The notes under the pieces were generated by a model. It ran no database searches. It saw only the letters and a program-made list of their open reading frames with translations, and was not told the DNA's origin. The translations under genes were made by a program, and so were the position numbers. A DNA stretch of 52,287 nucleotides from a virus (taxonomy: Duplodnaviria > Caudoviricetes). Below, piece by piece: positions 15,308-25,379 of this stretch (position 1 is the stretch's first letter; every line of letters begins with the position of its first letter). The stretch covers positions 1 to 52,287 of the IMG/VR virus record IMGVR_UViG_3300035659_000020; one strand, written 5' to 3'.

Positions 15308-16616
15308 TTTCTTTATCTTTCCATTCTAAAGGCGGGTTCTCATCATCATAGATTGTAACCGTAGCACCATCAAAGTTCAACGTATATGTTTCTGGAGTAC
15401 TATTTCTCGCCTTTCTAACTATAAATTCTACCTTACCCGCGTCAGGAGAATTAGCACGATAGAATTCATCTCTATATAACCCTACCATATAATCTCCATC
15501 TTCTTCTAGATAACCAGCCTGCCTCAAGTCATACATCTGAGGCCTTTTATCTGGTCTTTCTTCTAATTTTCTATTGAGTTGAGATAGAACAATAGTAGTT
15601 ATCCCCAACTCACCAGACAATAACTTTAAGCTTCTTGATAATCTACCCAATTCTTGTAAACTTTCATCAGAACGTGGAACAAGAAGTTGAATGTAATCTA
15701 TACCCACAATCCTTATTTTCTTTAGCTGATTATATTTTCTTATAGTAGATAGTAAATAATTTTCATCCCCTGTCCAGTTGTTATCTATGTATATAGGTAA
15801 CTCCTGTAAATATTTACTACATACTTCGAGTCTAGGCATTTCTCCATCAGCTAAGAAACCACTTCTGATATTAAAAAATGGTACTCTACTCATTACAGCT
15901 AAAAGTCTCTCAGTTACATTATTCAAATACATTTCTCTATTTACTAATAGAACAGGTGTTCCACGTTTAGCAATCTCTAACAAACTACGATGTAAGAAGG
16001 TGGTCTTACCCATTGAAGGTCTAGCACCAATATACCACAACTCTCCAGCACAGTATCCTGTAGTAGTTCTATCAATAGTAGGAAAACCTGTAGTAATCCC
16101 TTGAACACCTGGGTTCTTTGTTCTCTCTCTGATTTGGTTTATGGTGGTATCAACTATATCCCCTATATACACTACTTCTTCATGAGAACCTATAATAGAT
16201 AGGTTATCTAAGAATTTAGATGTCCTTGAGATTACTACAGATGGGTCATTCTTCTCAACAAGTTTTCCAATTTTACTTCCTAACTTTATTAATTCTCTAG
16301 ATTTATAACTATCTGAAATTGAATTCACATACTCAAATAGGTGGTTCTCATCAGACTCTTTCATCATTAATTCATTAATGTATTCTTCCCCACCAATAGC
16401 TAGATAGTTACCTTCTTTTATTAATTCATTTTTCACTAGAAGTTTGGAAGGCTCTATTCCTCTCTTAGCTAACTTAAGCATTGTTCTCAAAATAATCTGA
16501 TTACTTTCCCCTATCAGCATGGGAGGTATAATCTTATCTGTAATAGAATAGATTAATATTCCATTCTTTAGTAGTAAAGATAATAGAGCCTCATCAACTT
16601 CTTCGTTATTAATCAT
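15297..16616 (-). CDS. dnaB: Replicative DNA helicase
   Basis: GARPSMGKT, IDYIQL, LSQLNR, RPQMYDLRQAG, KARN. Confidence 0.95.
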   Translation of the reverse strand: MINNEEVDEALLSLLLKNGILIYSITDKIIPPMLIGESNQIILRTMLKLAKRGIEPSKLLVKNELIKEGNYLAIGGEEYINELMMKESDENHLFEYVNSISDSYKSRELIKLGSKIGKLVEKNDPSVVISRTSKFLDNLSIIGSHEEVVYIGDIVDTTINQIRERTKNPGVQGITTGFPTIDRTTTGYCAGELWYIGARPSMGKTTFLHRSLLEIAKRGTPVLLVNREMYLNNVTERLLAVMSRVPFFNIRSGFLADGEMPRLEVCSKYLQELPIYIDNNWTGDENYLLSTIRKYNQLKKIRIVGIDYIQLLVPRSDESLQELGRLSRSLKLLSGELGITTIVLSQLNRKLEERPDKRPQMYDLRQAGYLEEDGDYMVGLYRDEFYRANSPDAGKVEFIVRKARNSTPETYTLNFDGATVTIYDDENPPLEWKDKENAI

Positions 16617-16833
16617 TTTTAGATTTCAAATACAGTTCTATATCTGCGGCTTGAGTTAATACAGCATCATAAATACTCTTTTGCATAAAACTAAATCCTG
16701 CCATAGCCTCTAACATAGCTTGTAAAACTTCATCGGCAGTAAGTAATCCTTTCTTACATCTATAAGTAACTTCTGAAATATCACCCATTCCGTTTGAATA
16801 TATACAAGTTAAATATGCGTGTTCTTCTTCCAT
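16609..16833 (-). CDS. Hypothetical protein
   Basis: Coupled to dnaB. Confidence 0.5.
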   Translation of the reverse strand: MEEEHAYLTCIYSNGMGDISEVTYRCKKGLLTADEVLQAMLEAMAGFSFMQKSIYDAVLTQAADIELYLKSKND

Positions 16834-16854
16834 TTTCTTTATCCTTTTATTTAG

Positions 16855-16936
16855 TGGAGTGGGGTATGGAGATTCTCCAGTTTCTTACTTCCTCTGGTCT
16901 TAGACCTCGGGTTACGCCTATCACGCTCCCACTCCA
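16855..16936 (-). ncRNA. Intergenic structured RNA element with acceptor-like closing stem
   Basis: TGGAGTGGG/CCCACTCCA ends; internal GGTCT/AGACC and TGGAG/CTCCA inverted repeats. Confidence 0.45.
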
Positions 16937-16945
16937 AGTTTTTAA

Positions 16946-17776
16946 TTATATATCCATACCTTCAAACAAATCTTCAACGGTATCTTCTACATCTCTTGAT
17001 ACACTACTGGCAATATCTTCTAACTCACTATCTTCTTTGGTGGTTGATTTTCTTGCCTCAAAAATATCTTGTAGAGCTACACCATTCAAGACTTTGATTA
17101 ACTCATCCTCAGATAACTTCATGGGGACTTTTTCTAAATCATACAGGTCTTCACTATTCAATTCAATTACATCATTGAATTGAGGTTGAGCTACTGCACT
17201 AAGTGTCATTTGTCTTCCCTTACCTGATGCAGTAAGAATAATATCAAAGTTTGTTAGACCAATTCTATTGCCTTCTTCATCCCTAACAGTATCATAGATA
17301 CCGTTCAGTTGGCTGAATAGAGTAGAGCCTCTTTCCAATACTTCAATTGTATTTTGAGGAGTTGCTTTGATACCAGTTAAATCTTCACCAGTTTCAGGAT
17401 GTTGATTGGGGAATTTACCATCTGACCCTGCATAGACAACATGCTCAGTTGGAGTAGTTTTAACTTTTGTTCTATTCAATACATTTACTAAGAACCTATT
17501 TTGTTTGTTTATGATTCCAGGGATATCACTATATGTTACACCTGGATTTGCTAATGCTAATTTTCTATTATTGGCACAGATTGGACAATTTTCTTCAAGA
17601 CATACAATACTAATTCTTTGCTTAGGTAAGTAATGTTTAGCTACTCTATAAGCACCTTTGTTTAATACTCTAATTTTAACAGGATAACCAGAGATAATTT
17701 TTGTAAATTTTACTTTCTTAAAATCACCTTTGGTGTCATCATATACAGGTATATCAGCAAATAATTCGTCAGTCAT
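16946..17776 (-). CDS. Phage single-stranded DNA-binding protein (gp32-like)
   Basis: H...C..ENCPIC Zn site, acidic C-terminal tail, position between recA and dnaB. Confidence 0.7.
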   Translation of the reverse strand: MTDELFADIPVYDDTKGDFKKVKFTKIISGYPVKIRVLNKGAYRVAKHYLPKQRISIVCLEENCPICANNRKLALANPGVTYSDIPGIINKQNRFLVNVLNRTKVKTTPTEHVVYAGSDGKFPNQHPETGEDLTGIKATPQNTIEVLERGSTLFSQLNGIYDTVRDEEGNRIGLTNFDIILTASGKGRQMTLSAVAQPQFNDVIELNSEDLYDLEKVPMKLSEDELIKVLNGVALQDIFEARKSTTKEDSELEDIASSVSRDVEDTVEDLFEGMDI

Positions 17777-18119
17777 TTTGTTTTCTCGCTTTCTTTAGTG
17801 GGAGTGGTTGTGAGGAAGCCTCAGCAATTGCTACCCCGTTCATTATAATTTTTAGTTTTTTCAACTCTTCTTCTCTTATTTTTTCAAGTTGTTCCAATGC
17901 TTTATCCAAGTCCATATTAGGGGGAACAGTGGATGCCAGCTTTATATATTTACGGTAAGCTATTTCAAATCCTACTAACTGTAAATATCTTACGGAAGAT
18001 GTAAACTCAGGATTAAGCATAAGAGTACCTGGTACATCCCCAATTATATCTTCTAAGGTTGCATATTTATATTCTCCTAGTGTATAACGTCTATCCGTCT
18101 TGATTATCCCGTTCATCAA
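17769..18119 (-). CDS. Hypothetical protein
   Basis: Coupled ORF. Confidence 0.55.
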   Translation of the reverse strand: MMNGIIKTDRRYTLGEYKYATLEDIIGDVPGTLMLNPEFTSSVRYLQLVGFEIAYRKYIKLASTVPPNMDLDKALEQLEKIREEELKKLKIIMNGVAIAEASSQPLPLKKARKQND

Positions 18120-19122
18120 CTTCCTTCCTTTCCACTCTCACAGGTGGGTATTGAACTCCAACTACATTATAACATACTTCTGTTATTTTGTCAAGTACTT
18201 CTGGATTTTGTGCTAAGAATTCGATTGACTTAGTTCTACCTTGACCCAAAGTAGTCTCTTCAAAAGCAAAGTAAGGGCCTCTGCTCTTGGTGACTCCTAA
18301 AAGTGTGCTGAATTTCAATACATCCATATAATAGTCTATTCCTTTGCCATATATAATATTAGTTTCAGCCTGTCTATAAGGTATACCCAATTTGTTTTTC
18401 TTTATAACAAAATTAATAAAATTTCCTACAACTTTTTCACCCTCTTCAATAGACTGTCCTTTTGATAAGTATATCCTCAATGAAGTATAATGTTTCAAAG
18501 CGTAACCAGCAGGAGTAGTATACCCCCCTACATATGCTCCAATATTAGCCCTAATTTGATTAGTAATAACAAACACAACTTCTTTCTCACGTATCTTAGC
18601 TTTGGTTTTCTTTAAGAATTGGTTGGTTAATCTTGGACTAAGCCCAATAGATTGTTTACCATAGTCTTTATCCATCTCTTCCTCAGGTGCAATTGAAGCT
18701 ACCGAATCAAAGATGATACATCTATAATTGTTATCTATACCTGTCTCTGCAATATCAAATGCATCTTCAGCAGTAACAGGTTGAACAATCAATATATTCT
18801 TGGGGTCATATAAATCTCCTATAACCGATTTAGCATAAGGGAAATCAACACTATTCTCTACATCTACATATAGCACAGGTAAACCCAATGCCAATGCATT
18901 TTTACAGATTGTCAAACAAAGTGTAGTCTTTCCTCCAGCCTCAGGCCCATATACCTCAGTATATCTTCCTACAGGTATACCACCTACTCCTGTAGAAACA
19001 TCAATAGCTAATGACCCAGTAGGTATAACAGGGTGTCCTTGTGGGTACTCTCGAATTAGTATATCATCCCCATACTTATCTTGTAATTCTTGTAATAAAT
19101 CTTTACTCTTTTTGGTTGTCAT
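18091..19122 (-). CDS. recA: RecA recombinase
   Basis: IPTGSLAID...GVGGIP.GR, GPEAGGKTT, FDSVA, NQIR, GYALK, KKNK. Confidence 0.93.
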   Translation of the reverse strand: MTTKKSKDLLQELQDKYGDDILIREYPQGHPVIPTGSLAIDVSTGVGGIPVGRYTEVYGPEAGGKTTLCLTICKNALALGLPVLYVDVENSVDFPYAKSVIGDLYDPKNILIVQPVTAEDAFDIAETGIDNNYRCIIFDSVASIAPEEEMDKDYGKQSIGLSPRLTNQFLKKTKAKIREKEVVFVITNQIRANIGAYVGGYTTPAGYALKHYTSLRIYLSKGQSIEEGEKVVGNFINFVIKKNKLGIPYRQAETNIIYGKGIDYYMDVLKFSTLLGVTKSRGPYFAFEETTLGQGRTKSIEFLAQNPEVLDKITEVCYNVVGVQYPPVRVERKEVDERDNQDG

Positions 19123-21000
19123 TTATTTACTCCAGTGTGTATCAATTGTTACTTCGTGTGCTTCTGGTACTATCTTTAGATAATCCTCTCCAGATTTCTT
19201 TAGGCAATAATTAATAAACTCTAATGCTTTATCTTTTATTTCTTCCTTAAACTCTACCACAATCTCATCATGTACAGTTATCAATGGTCTTAGATTTTCA
19301 TACCCAAATGGATTTTCATAGTACAAATACACTAATGCTTTCTTAATCATATCAGCAGATGTACCTTGTGGTAGATGATTTACAGCTTGCCTTCTAGCTC
19401 TATTCAATTCCTTATACTGGTCTTGACTTTTAGGGTCAATCATAAAAGATAGAAATCTTTTTCTTTTACCTAGTGTAATACTGTAGCCCTTCTTCAAACA
19501 GATAGCACCAAATCTATTAATAAACGACTTGAGAACATTATACTGTTCAAAAAATCTGGTTAAGTATATCTTAGCTTCTTCTAAAGGCATCCTGAAATTG
19601 AATACCATACCCTGAGCAGATGTTCCATACAACACAGCAAAATTTAAATGTTTACCAACTGCTCTTTGTGTCTTAGTGACTTCATCATAAGATACTTGAT
19701 AGATAATGGTAGCAGTAACCTTATGTAAATCCTGCCCATTCTTGAAAGCATCTACAAACTTGGGTTCTCTACTAGCTTCCCCCATAATCCTCAATTCAAT
19801 GTTAGAATAGTCAGCAGTAGCTAATAGATATCCAGGTCTAGCCACAAAGGGAGAACGATAAGATTCATCTGCTACAATATTTTGTAGGTTGGGATTTTCA
19901 GAACTAAATCTACCTGTAGCTGTACCCAATTGGTTGAATTGTGTATGTATAGCACCAGTTTCAGGCCGAACATGCTTAAGAAATTCATCTCCAAAGGATG
20001 TTACTCTCTTAACAGATTCTCTAAAGTCTAATAGATATTTTATAATATCATGACTATCTTTATAAGCAATCATTTCCTTAGCATTGGTGGTCTTTACAGG
20101 TACACCTAATCTATTCAATACATATCCAGCTTGCTTATAACTACCAAAATTAATCAAAGGGATAACTTCAGACTTGATTTCATCCTTAGTAATAATAGAC
20201 TTTAATCTTTCCTTCTCAGCCTTTAGAAATGCAGTTTTTACAGGGTAATGTATATTAACAAGTACATCATAAGCACAATTATATTTTCCAGCATACTTAT
20301 CAAAATTCTTCTCAAGTAGCATCATCATATCAGCTTTAGCATTATCTACATTCAACTTGGCTAGGTTAGTTGCATCATTCCATTTATGTATATCTAAAGA
20401 TATTCCAGTATATTCCATTAGAGTAATTACAGGTTCTAGTTGCATCTCTAATTCCCAAGGAATATCTTGCCCTCTTTTATGCAATAATTCTTGCATTTTA
20501 GAATGCAATTGAAGTAATATCTTAGCATCTTTTTCCGCATATTCAATCTGCTCATCCGTAAATTCATAATCCATCTTGTTAATAAAGGTTTCACGAATAT
20601 CTTTATCTAATGCTATGCTTAGATATTTCTTAGCTAATGTCTGTAAAGAAACATAGATGGAACCCACTCCAATATAGGATAGAATTTCAGCTAACATAGT
20701 ATCAAATACATTAGTGAAAATAACCCCATAGTTATGATAGATGAACTTCATATCAAACTTCAGGTTATGACCAATGACTAATAGATTTCTATCCTTGATT
20801 AAATTGAGAATATACTTTACCATCCGTTCATCATCTGTTCCTACATTTATGGTAAATACTTTATCTCTCATAGCTAATTGTAACAGTAGTAATCTATCTG
20901 AGAATACATTTAGACCACTAGTTTCAGTATCTAACCCCACTTCAGTTGTATCTTTACTTTGTGTATAGGTTATCAGTTCCTTGAAATCTGTTGTTCTCAT
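19123..21000 (-). CDS. polA: Family A DNA polymerase with 3'-5' exonuclease domain (no 5' nuclease)
   Basis: LDTET, HNLKFD, TATGRFSSENPNLQN, DYSNIELR, R...K.LNFAVLYG, QGTSAD, VHDEI. Confidence 0.95.
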   Translation of the reverse strand: MRTTDFKELITYTQSKDTTEVGLDTETSGLNVFSDRLLLLQLAMRDKVFTINVGTDDERMVKYILNLIKDRNLLVIGHNLKFDMKFIYHNYGVIFTNVFDTMLAEILSYIGVGSIYVSLQTLAKKYLSIALDKDIRETFINKMDYEFTDEQIEYAEKDAKILLQLHSKMQELLHKRGQDIPWELEMQLEPVITLMEYTGISLDIHKWNDATNLAKLNVDNAKADMMMLLEKNFDKYAGKYNCAYDVLVNIHYPVKTAFLKAEKERLKSIITKDEIKSEVIPLINFGSYKQAGYVLNRLGVPVKTTNAKEMIAYKDSHDIIKYLLDFRESVKRVTSFGDEFLKHVRPETGAIHTQFNQLGTATGRFSSENPNLQNIVADESYRSPFVARPGYLLATADYSNIELRIMGEASREPKFVDAFKNGQDLHKVTATIIYQVSYDEVTKTQRAVGKHLNFAVLYGTSAQGMVFNFRMPLEEAKIYLTRFFEQYNVLKSFINRFGAICLKKGYSITLGKRKRFLSFMIDPKSQDQYKELNRARRQAVNHLPQGTSADMIKKALVYLYYENPFGYENLRPLITVHDEIVVEFKEEIKDKALEFINYCLKKSGEDYLKIVPEAHEVTIDTHWSK

Positions 21001-21047
21001 AGTTGTTAAGTCCTGTTAAGTTCTCCTTTCAGTCGGCTGGCTTCTCT

Positions 21048-21076
21048 ATTATATCATTAAACTAAGAAACTGTCAA
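21048..21076 (-). promoter_or_regulatory. Consensus promoter for the replication arm
   Basis: TTGACA-17 nt-TATAAT with TG. Confidence 0.9.
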
Positions 21077-21149
21077 TGGTATTTGGTGAGTATTTGATTA
21101 GAAGAAGATGAGAGTTTCTGAATTTCCTGTATTTCATCCTTAAATCCTC

Positions 21150-21178
21150 TTGACATCCTCACAGAAATATGATATAAT
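21150..21178 (+). promoter_or_regulatory. Consensus promoter for the rightward arm
   Basis: TTGACA-17 nt-TATAAT with TG, followed by AAGGAG RBS. Confidence 0.9.
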
Positions 21179-21203
21179 TAGTATAGTTATTAAGGAGAAA
21201 CAT

Positions 21204-21398
21204 ATGGGAAAATTTGAAAAATATCTGTTGAACAAAAGACAACACCTTGTTGATATGCTTAAAATTATTCATGATGAACAAACTAAATTATATCTACAGC
21301 TTGAGCTTTCTACTGTAGAAGATATTATACACTATTTCAATGTTCTTGTCAAGGGGGAGATGTCAAGTGGACTGGGGCTAGGAGTAGAAGATGAGTGA
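21204..21398 (+). CDS. Hypothetical protein
   Basis: TAAGGAG RBS before MGKFEKY. Confidence 0.6.
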   Translation: MGKFEKYLLNKRQHLVDMLKIIHDEQTKLYLQLELSTVEDIIHYFNVLVKGEMSSGLGLGVEDE

Positions 21399-21594
21399 AG
21401 AAGACGCGATTGCATCTAGTAACAAATGGATAAATATAGATGGTATGGTAGGATATTTAAACTTTGAAGCAGCTAATTTTCTAGTAGGAACTGGAAAATG
21501 GGAATGGCATCAGTCAGGATGGATGGGCTATGTAGTTAGAAAACGTATGCCTGATGGTTATTGGTGGGAGAAGATGCATAAAAATGAAGAATAA
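21391..21594 (+). CDS. Hypothetical Trp-rich protein
   Basis: AGGAG RBS, coupled. Confidence 0.55.
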   Translation: MSEEDAIASSNKWINIDGMVGYLNFEAANFLVGTGKWEWHQSGWMGYVVRKRMPDGYWWEKMHKNEE

Positions 21595-21802
21595 ACTACG
21601 ATGTTATTACTGTGGAAAGTTGTATGCTGCTGAGAAAAAAGCCAGAGATTGCGAAAACAACCATGATGTTGTTTTCGTTCCTATTCTACGAGAAGACTTG
21701 AATAGATTAGTAAACTTTATAGCTACGGGGGATAGAAGTTTATTATCTGAAAGATTATCCAGAACTTTATTTAAATACTTTAGAAGTGCACCACCAGAAT
21801 AA
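21584..21802 (+). CDS. Small Zn-finger protein
   Basis: CYYCGKLY...ARDCENNH. Confidence 0.6.
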   Translation: MKNKLRCYYCGKLYAAEKKARDCENNHDVVFVPILREDLNRLVNFIATGDRSLLSERLSRTLFKYFRSAPPE

Positions 21803-21843
21803 ACAATAATTTATAGTATATGATACAATTATAGGAGAAAAGT

Positions 21844-22020
21844 ATGGATTTACATGAAAATTATTATGAAATTCCAGAAAAACCTGTACAGTTAACTACT
21901 GATATACAGGTACCAGCAGAAATTACTGCCGAGTCGTGTCCCGAATGTGGAACTGAAATAGTTAGAAATGGTAGATGTAAAACATGTTATACATGTGGTT
22001 GGAGTAGTTGTGACTTATAA
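21844..22020 (+). CDS. 58-aa Zn-ribbon protein
   Basis: Below track cutoff; AGGAG RBS; CPECG...GRCKTCYTCGWSSC. Confidence 0.7.
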   Translation: MDLHENYYEIPEKPVQLTTDIQVPAEITAESCPECGTEIVRNGRCKTCYTCGWSSCDL

Positions 22021-22691
22021 TGGGAAATAGAAGATTTTATATACCTAGCAAAAAGAGAGCCAGAAATTTAAAACAAAATCAAAAAATGTCAGATGAAGAA
22101 TTTGACGAGTTTTGGAATGAAGAATATGGAGAAAATACTGAGGATGATGAAGAAATCCTTGCAGAACTAAAAGCTAGAACCCAAGAAAAATTAGCAGAAC
22201 TGGAGAAAGATTATGACTTCAGTGATATGAAGGCTAATGATATGACACAACTAGAGTCACTAATTTTAGCTATGTTGCAATTAGATGACATCGAAAAAGA
22301 GGTTTATAAACGAAGAAACAACCTTACAGACACAAACATCTTAGCTCTAGAGAAGTTTAATAAGATATTATCACAATTACGTTCCGACATATCCACCATT
22401 TCTACAGATTTACAACTAACAAAAAAAATTAGAAACAAAAGTAAAGATATAAGCATAGTCCAAAGATGGGAAGAGTTATCTAAAAAGGCATCTCAGTTTT
22501 ATGAACAAAAAATGTTATATATTTTTTGTCCTGACTGTAGAACATTACTAAGTACCCTTTGGTTATTGTACCCACATGGAGAGAGGAATAAGATAATTCT
22601 TTACTGTGAAAGGTGTAATACTAAACATGAAATATTATTATCAGAGCTATATGAAACAGGTAATAAAAACCTACCTGATGTGGTTATATAG
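22020..22691 (+). CDS. Coiled-coil protein with C-terminal Zn ribbon; candidate terminase small subunit
   Basis: CPDC...CERC; function inferred from position only. Confidence 0.5.
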   Translation: MGNRRFYIPSKKRARNLKQNQKMSDEEFDEFWNEEYGENTEDDEEILAELKARTQEKLAELEKDYDFSDMKANDMTQLESLILAMLQLDDIEKEVYKRRNNLTDTNILALEKFNKILSQLRSDISTISTDLQLTKKIRNKSKDISIVQRWEELSKKASQFYEQKMLYIFCPDCRTLLSTLWLLYPHGERNKIILYCERCNTKHEILLSELYETGNKNLPDVVI

Positions 22692-22803
22692 TGTATAATT
22701 ATGTTTATAGAGACTTATAGCTTAGAAAAACTTACTTTATATTGGAATATATGTTTTATTCCATATGATTTCTATATAACTTATTCAATTTAGGAGAATA
22801 TAA

Positions 22804-23400
22804 ATGGCTACTTTTACTTGGGAAACTTATAGAGATACCCCTGGTTGGAAAGATGTTTCAACCAATACATTTGTTTTTGCGGGGAGTGCAACAGATTTAA
22901 CTGTACCTATTACGGTAGGTGAATATAATACAGGAACCCACATTGGAAATGGAGACCCTGGAACAGACCAATGTGGTACTAACCACTCTAGAAACATGAA
23001 ATTTATTGCATTAACACAGACTGATATAGGTGGTGGCACAGTTACACTTAATACTACCAATGTAGCAGATACTCAAATGACTATGCGTGTAGTATTTACA
23101 GATGCTTCATCTGTAGCTACATCAGCAGCTAGATTCTATAGCTTTGATGGTGCTGTTACTACTAATGAAGCCGTTGGTGTTGTTGCTTATGCTGTTGAAC
23201 GTGTAACAGGCATGTCTACTTGGACAATCATAAATGATGACACTAACAACACTGGTGGAGATAATACTGGTGAAAGACTAGCATTATCTGACCAAACTAC
23301 TGCAACATCCCATACATTCTATATTGGTGTTACAGCTAGACCTGAATCAGTGGGTGCTAAAACCAGCTTTGATTTTGGGGTCGCTCTAACTTATTCATAA
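22804..23400 (+). CDS. Probable virion structural protein (T/G-rich beta protein)
   Basis: Strong RBS, MAT start, composition. Confidence 0.55.
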   Translation: MATFTWETYRDTPGWKDVSTNTFVFAGSATDLTVPITVGEYNTGTHIGNGDPGTDQCGTNHSRNMKFIALTQTDIGGGTVTLNTTNVADTQMTMRVVFTDASSVATSAARFYSFDGAVTTNEAVGVVAYAVERVTGMSTWTIINDDTNNTGGDNTGERLALSDQTTATSHTFYIGVTARPESVGAKTSFDFGVALTYS

Positions 23401-23418
23401 TCTTGAAAGGATTATAAC

Positions 23419-24864
23419 ATGGAGATAGGACAAGGGAATGGAAAAATCTATCTAGGGATACCTAGAGAAAGATTTTATTTTAATGAGTTTACAGACAATC
23501 GGGATAGTATTCTAGAAAGTTTGCAAAGAGATGGTTTAGCGTGTGGATTTTATCAGGCTTCTGGGCATAGAGTGGACAGAAATAGAGATAGAATCTGCGA
23601 TGGATTTTTGAGTCTTAAAAATAAACCTGAGTGGCTGCTCATGGTGGATTCAGATATGGAACATGTTCCTACAATTGGACAACGCCTTGCCAAACACAAG
23701 AAACCAATAGTAGGTTGTCTATATTTTCATCGTGGGGACTCACATGACCCTTTAGTTTTTCGCAGAGCTGTGAATGGTAAAGATAAGTGGGGTAGACCAA
23801 ATAAACTTTGGGCACCACTCAGGGATGAAGTTTATGATTTCTTAGTAAAATCTGGAGTACCAAGGTATGATGGAGCAGTAGGAATCAATGGTATGGAAGA
23901 AGAAGGATTAATATATGTTGATGCCGTTGGAACAGGTGGAATATTACTTCATCGAAGTGTACTTGAAACTATACCTGGGCCTTGGTTTGAATATGAAGAT
24001 GGGATGGTTTCTGAAGATTTATCATTTTGTGATAAAGCTAAATTTCAATATAAAATTCCAGTTTATTGTGATTTGAGTACCATTAGTGGACACTATAAAT
24101 TATCCGCTATGGGGCAAACACAATTCAGAATGAAGTATGAATATCGTGGTATGCAATACAGTAGTTATTCTGATAAAGATGCTGTAACATGGACATCAGA
24201 TTTTCTAAAGATACCATATAAAAAAGTAGAAAAACTTTTTATAAATGGTTTGGGAAATGAATTTGGTGAATATTGGAAAACCTTGAATATAGATACTGCT
24301 GAAAAAGAACGTCAAGCCTATCGTGACCCACAATCTGCTTTGCCTTATATGGTAGAACTACTAAAATGGAATTCTACTATCAATCATATTGAAATGCGTA
24401 AAGAATATATGGGCATAAGAAATTCTAATGTTCTTGATTTAGGTGCTGGTGTTGGAACACTTGCAATACAATTAGCAATACAACATAACAATGTAACTGC
24501 AATTGAAGTAAATCCAGTGTTACAAGAATTTATAAAATATAGATATAATATAGCAAAAAATAGTATAGAAACTTATGTTAATCCAATCACTATTATGAGT
24601 GATGAATGGCTAACATCGGATACAAAAAATATTGAGTATGCCTTTGCGTTAGATGTATTTGAACATCTATTGCCTGAGGACTTGCAAAGAATACTCACTA
24701 AATTAGCAGAAGTAATGATATCTGGTGGAAAATTATTCTACCATGCAACTTTTGACCAACAAGAAAATTTTCCTATGCACCATGATTATAGTAATATTTG
24801 GAAACAATTACTTCTTGACTCAGGATTTTATCCACTAGCAGATACTATAGCACAAAGGATGTAA
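23419..24864 (+). CDS. GT-A glycosyltransferase fused to class I SAM methyltransferase
   Basis: WLLMVDSD, AVGTGGILL, SEDLSFC; C-terminal VLDLGAGVG and DVFEHL. Confidence 0.85.
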   Translation: MEIGQGNGKIYLGIPRERFYFNEFTDNRDSILESLQRDGLACGFYQASGHRVDRNRDRICDGFLSLKNKPEWLLMVDSDMEHVPTIGQRLAKHKKPIVGCLYFHRGDSHDPLVFRRAVNGKDKWGRPNKLWAPLRDEVYDFLVKSGVPRYDGAVGINGMEEEGLIYVDAVGTGGILLHRSVLETIPGPWFEYEDGMVSEDLSFCDKAKFQYKIPVYCDLSTISGHYKLSAMGQTQFRMKYEYRGMQYSSYSDKDAVTWTSDFLKIPYKKVEKLFINGLGNEFGEYWKTLNIDTAEKERQAYRDPQSALPYMVELLKWNSTINHIEMRKEYMGIRNSNVLDLGAGVGTLAIQLAIQHNNVTAIEVNPVLQEFIKYRYNIAKNSIETYVNPITIMSDEWLTSDTKNIEYAFALDVFEHLLPEDLQRILTKLAEVMISGGKLFYHATFDQQENFPMHHDYSNIWKQLLLDSGFYPLADTIAQRM

Positions 24865-24865
24865 A

Positions 24866-25252
24866 ATGGACAATACAATATTTCAGGGATGGACTGCAAC
24901 TCTCTCAAACGGAGAAAACGCTTGGGAACAGTCACCAGTTGCAGATGAAAAAACTTCGTGGCAAAAATTAATAGATAGATTAAATAAAAATAATTTAAAA
25001 ATTACTAGCTTACGTGTACAACGTAATGGAATAACTCTACATGCATTATCCGCTAAACAATGTGATGGATACTTTCAAGGATATGAAAAACATTCTATGA
25101 TGATTAGTGGAAAAGAATTTATACAACAAGGTTGTGGTTCAGTAGTAGGGGATAAAGTATTTATTCAATGGATAGATGATAATAATAATATCCATGCAGA
25201 AGTACGTTCACTTTCAGAAGCAAAATTTGCTACTACATTACGTGACAGCTAA
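24866..25252 (+). CDS. Hypothetical protein
   Basis: Coupled ORF. Confidence 0.6.
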   Translation: MDNTIFQGWTATLSNGENAWEQSPVADEKTSWQKLIDRLNKNNLKITSLRVQRNGITLHALSAKQCDGYFQGYEKHSMMISGKEFIQQGCGSVVGDKVFIQWIDDNNNIHAEVRSLSEAKFATTLRDS

Positions 25253-25379
25253 ATAATTTTTAGTTACAATTAAATACTTAACCTCGCTAGAAATAGTGCT
25301 CTGGTTTATTTATACCTCCATGTCGGATAGTTAATGTGCTATCTGTAGTGGGGGTAAAACTTTAGGAGATACAAGAAAT

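Noticed and set aside
15297-21000. Inteins or introns in dnaB, recA, polA (also terL)
   Set aside because: Protein lengths are ordinary and motifs are contiguous.
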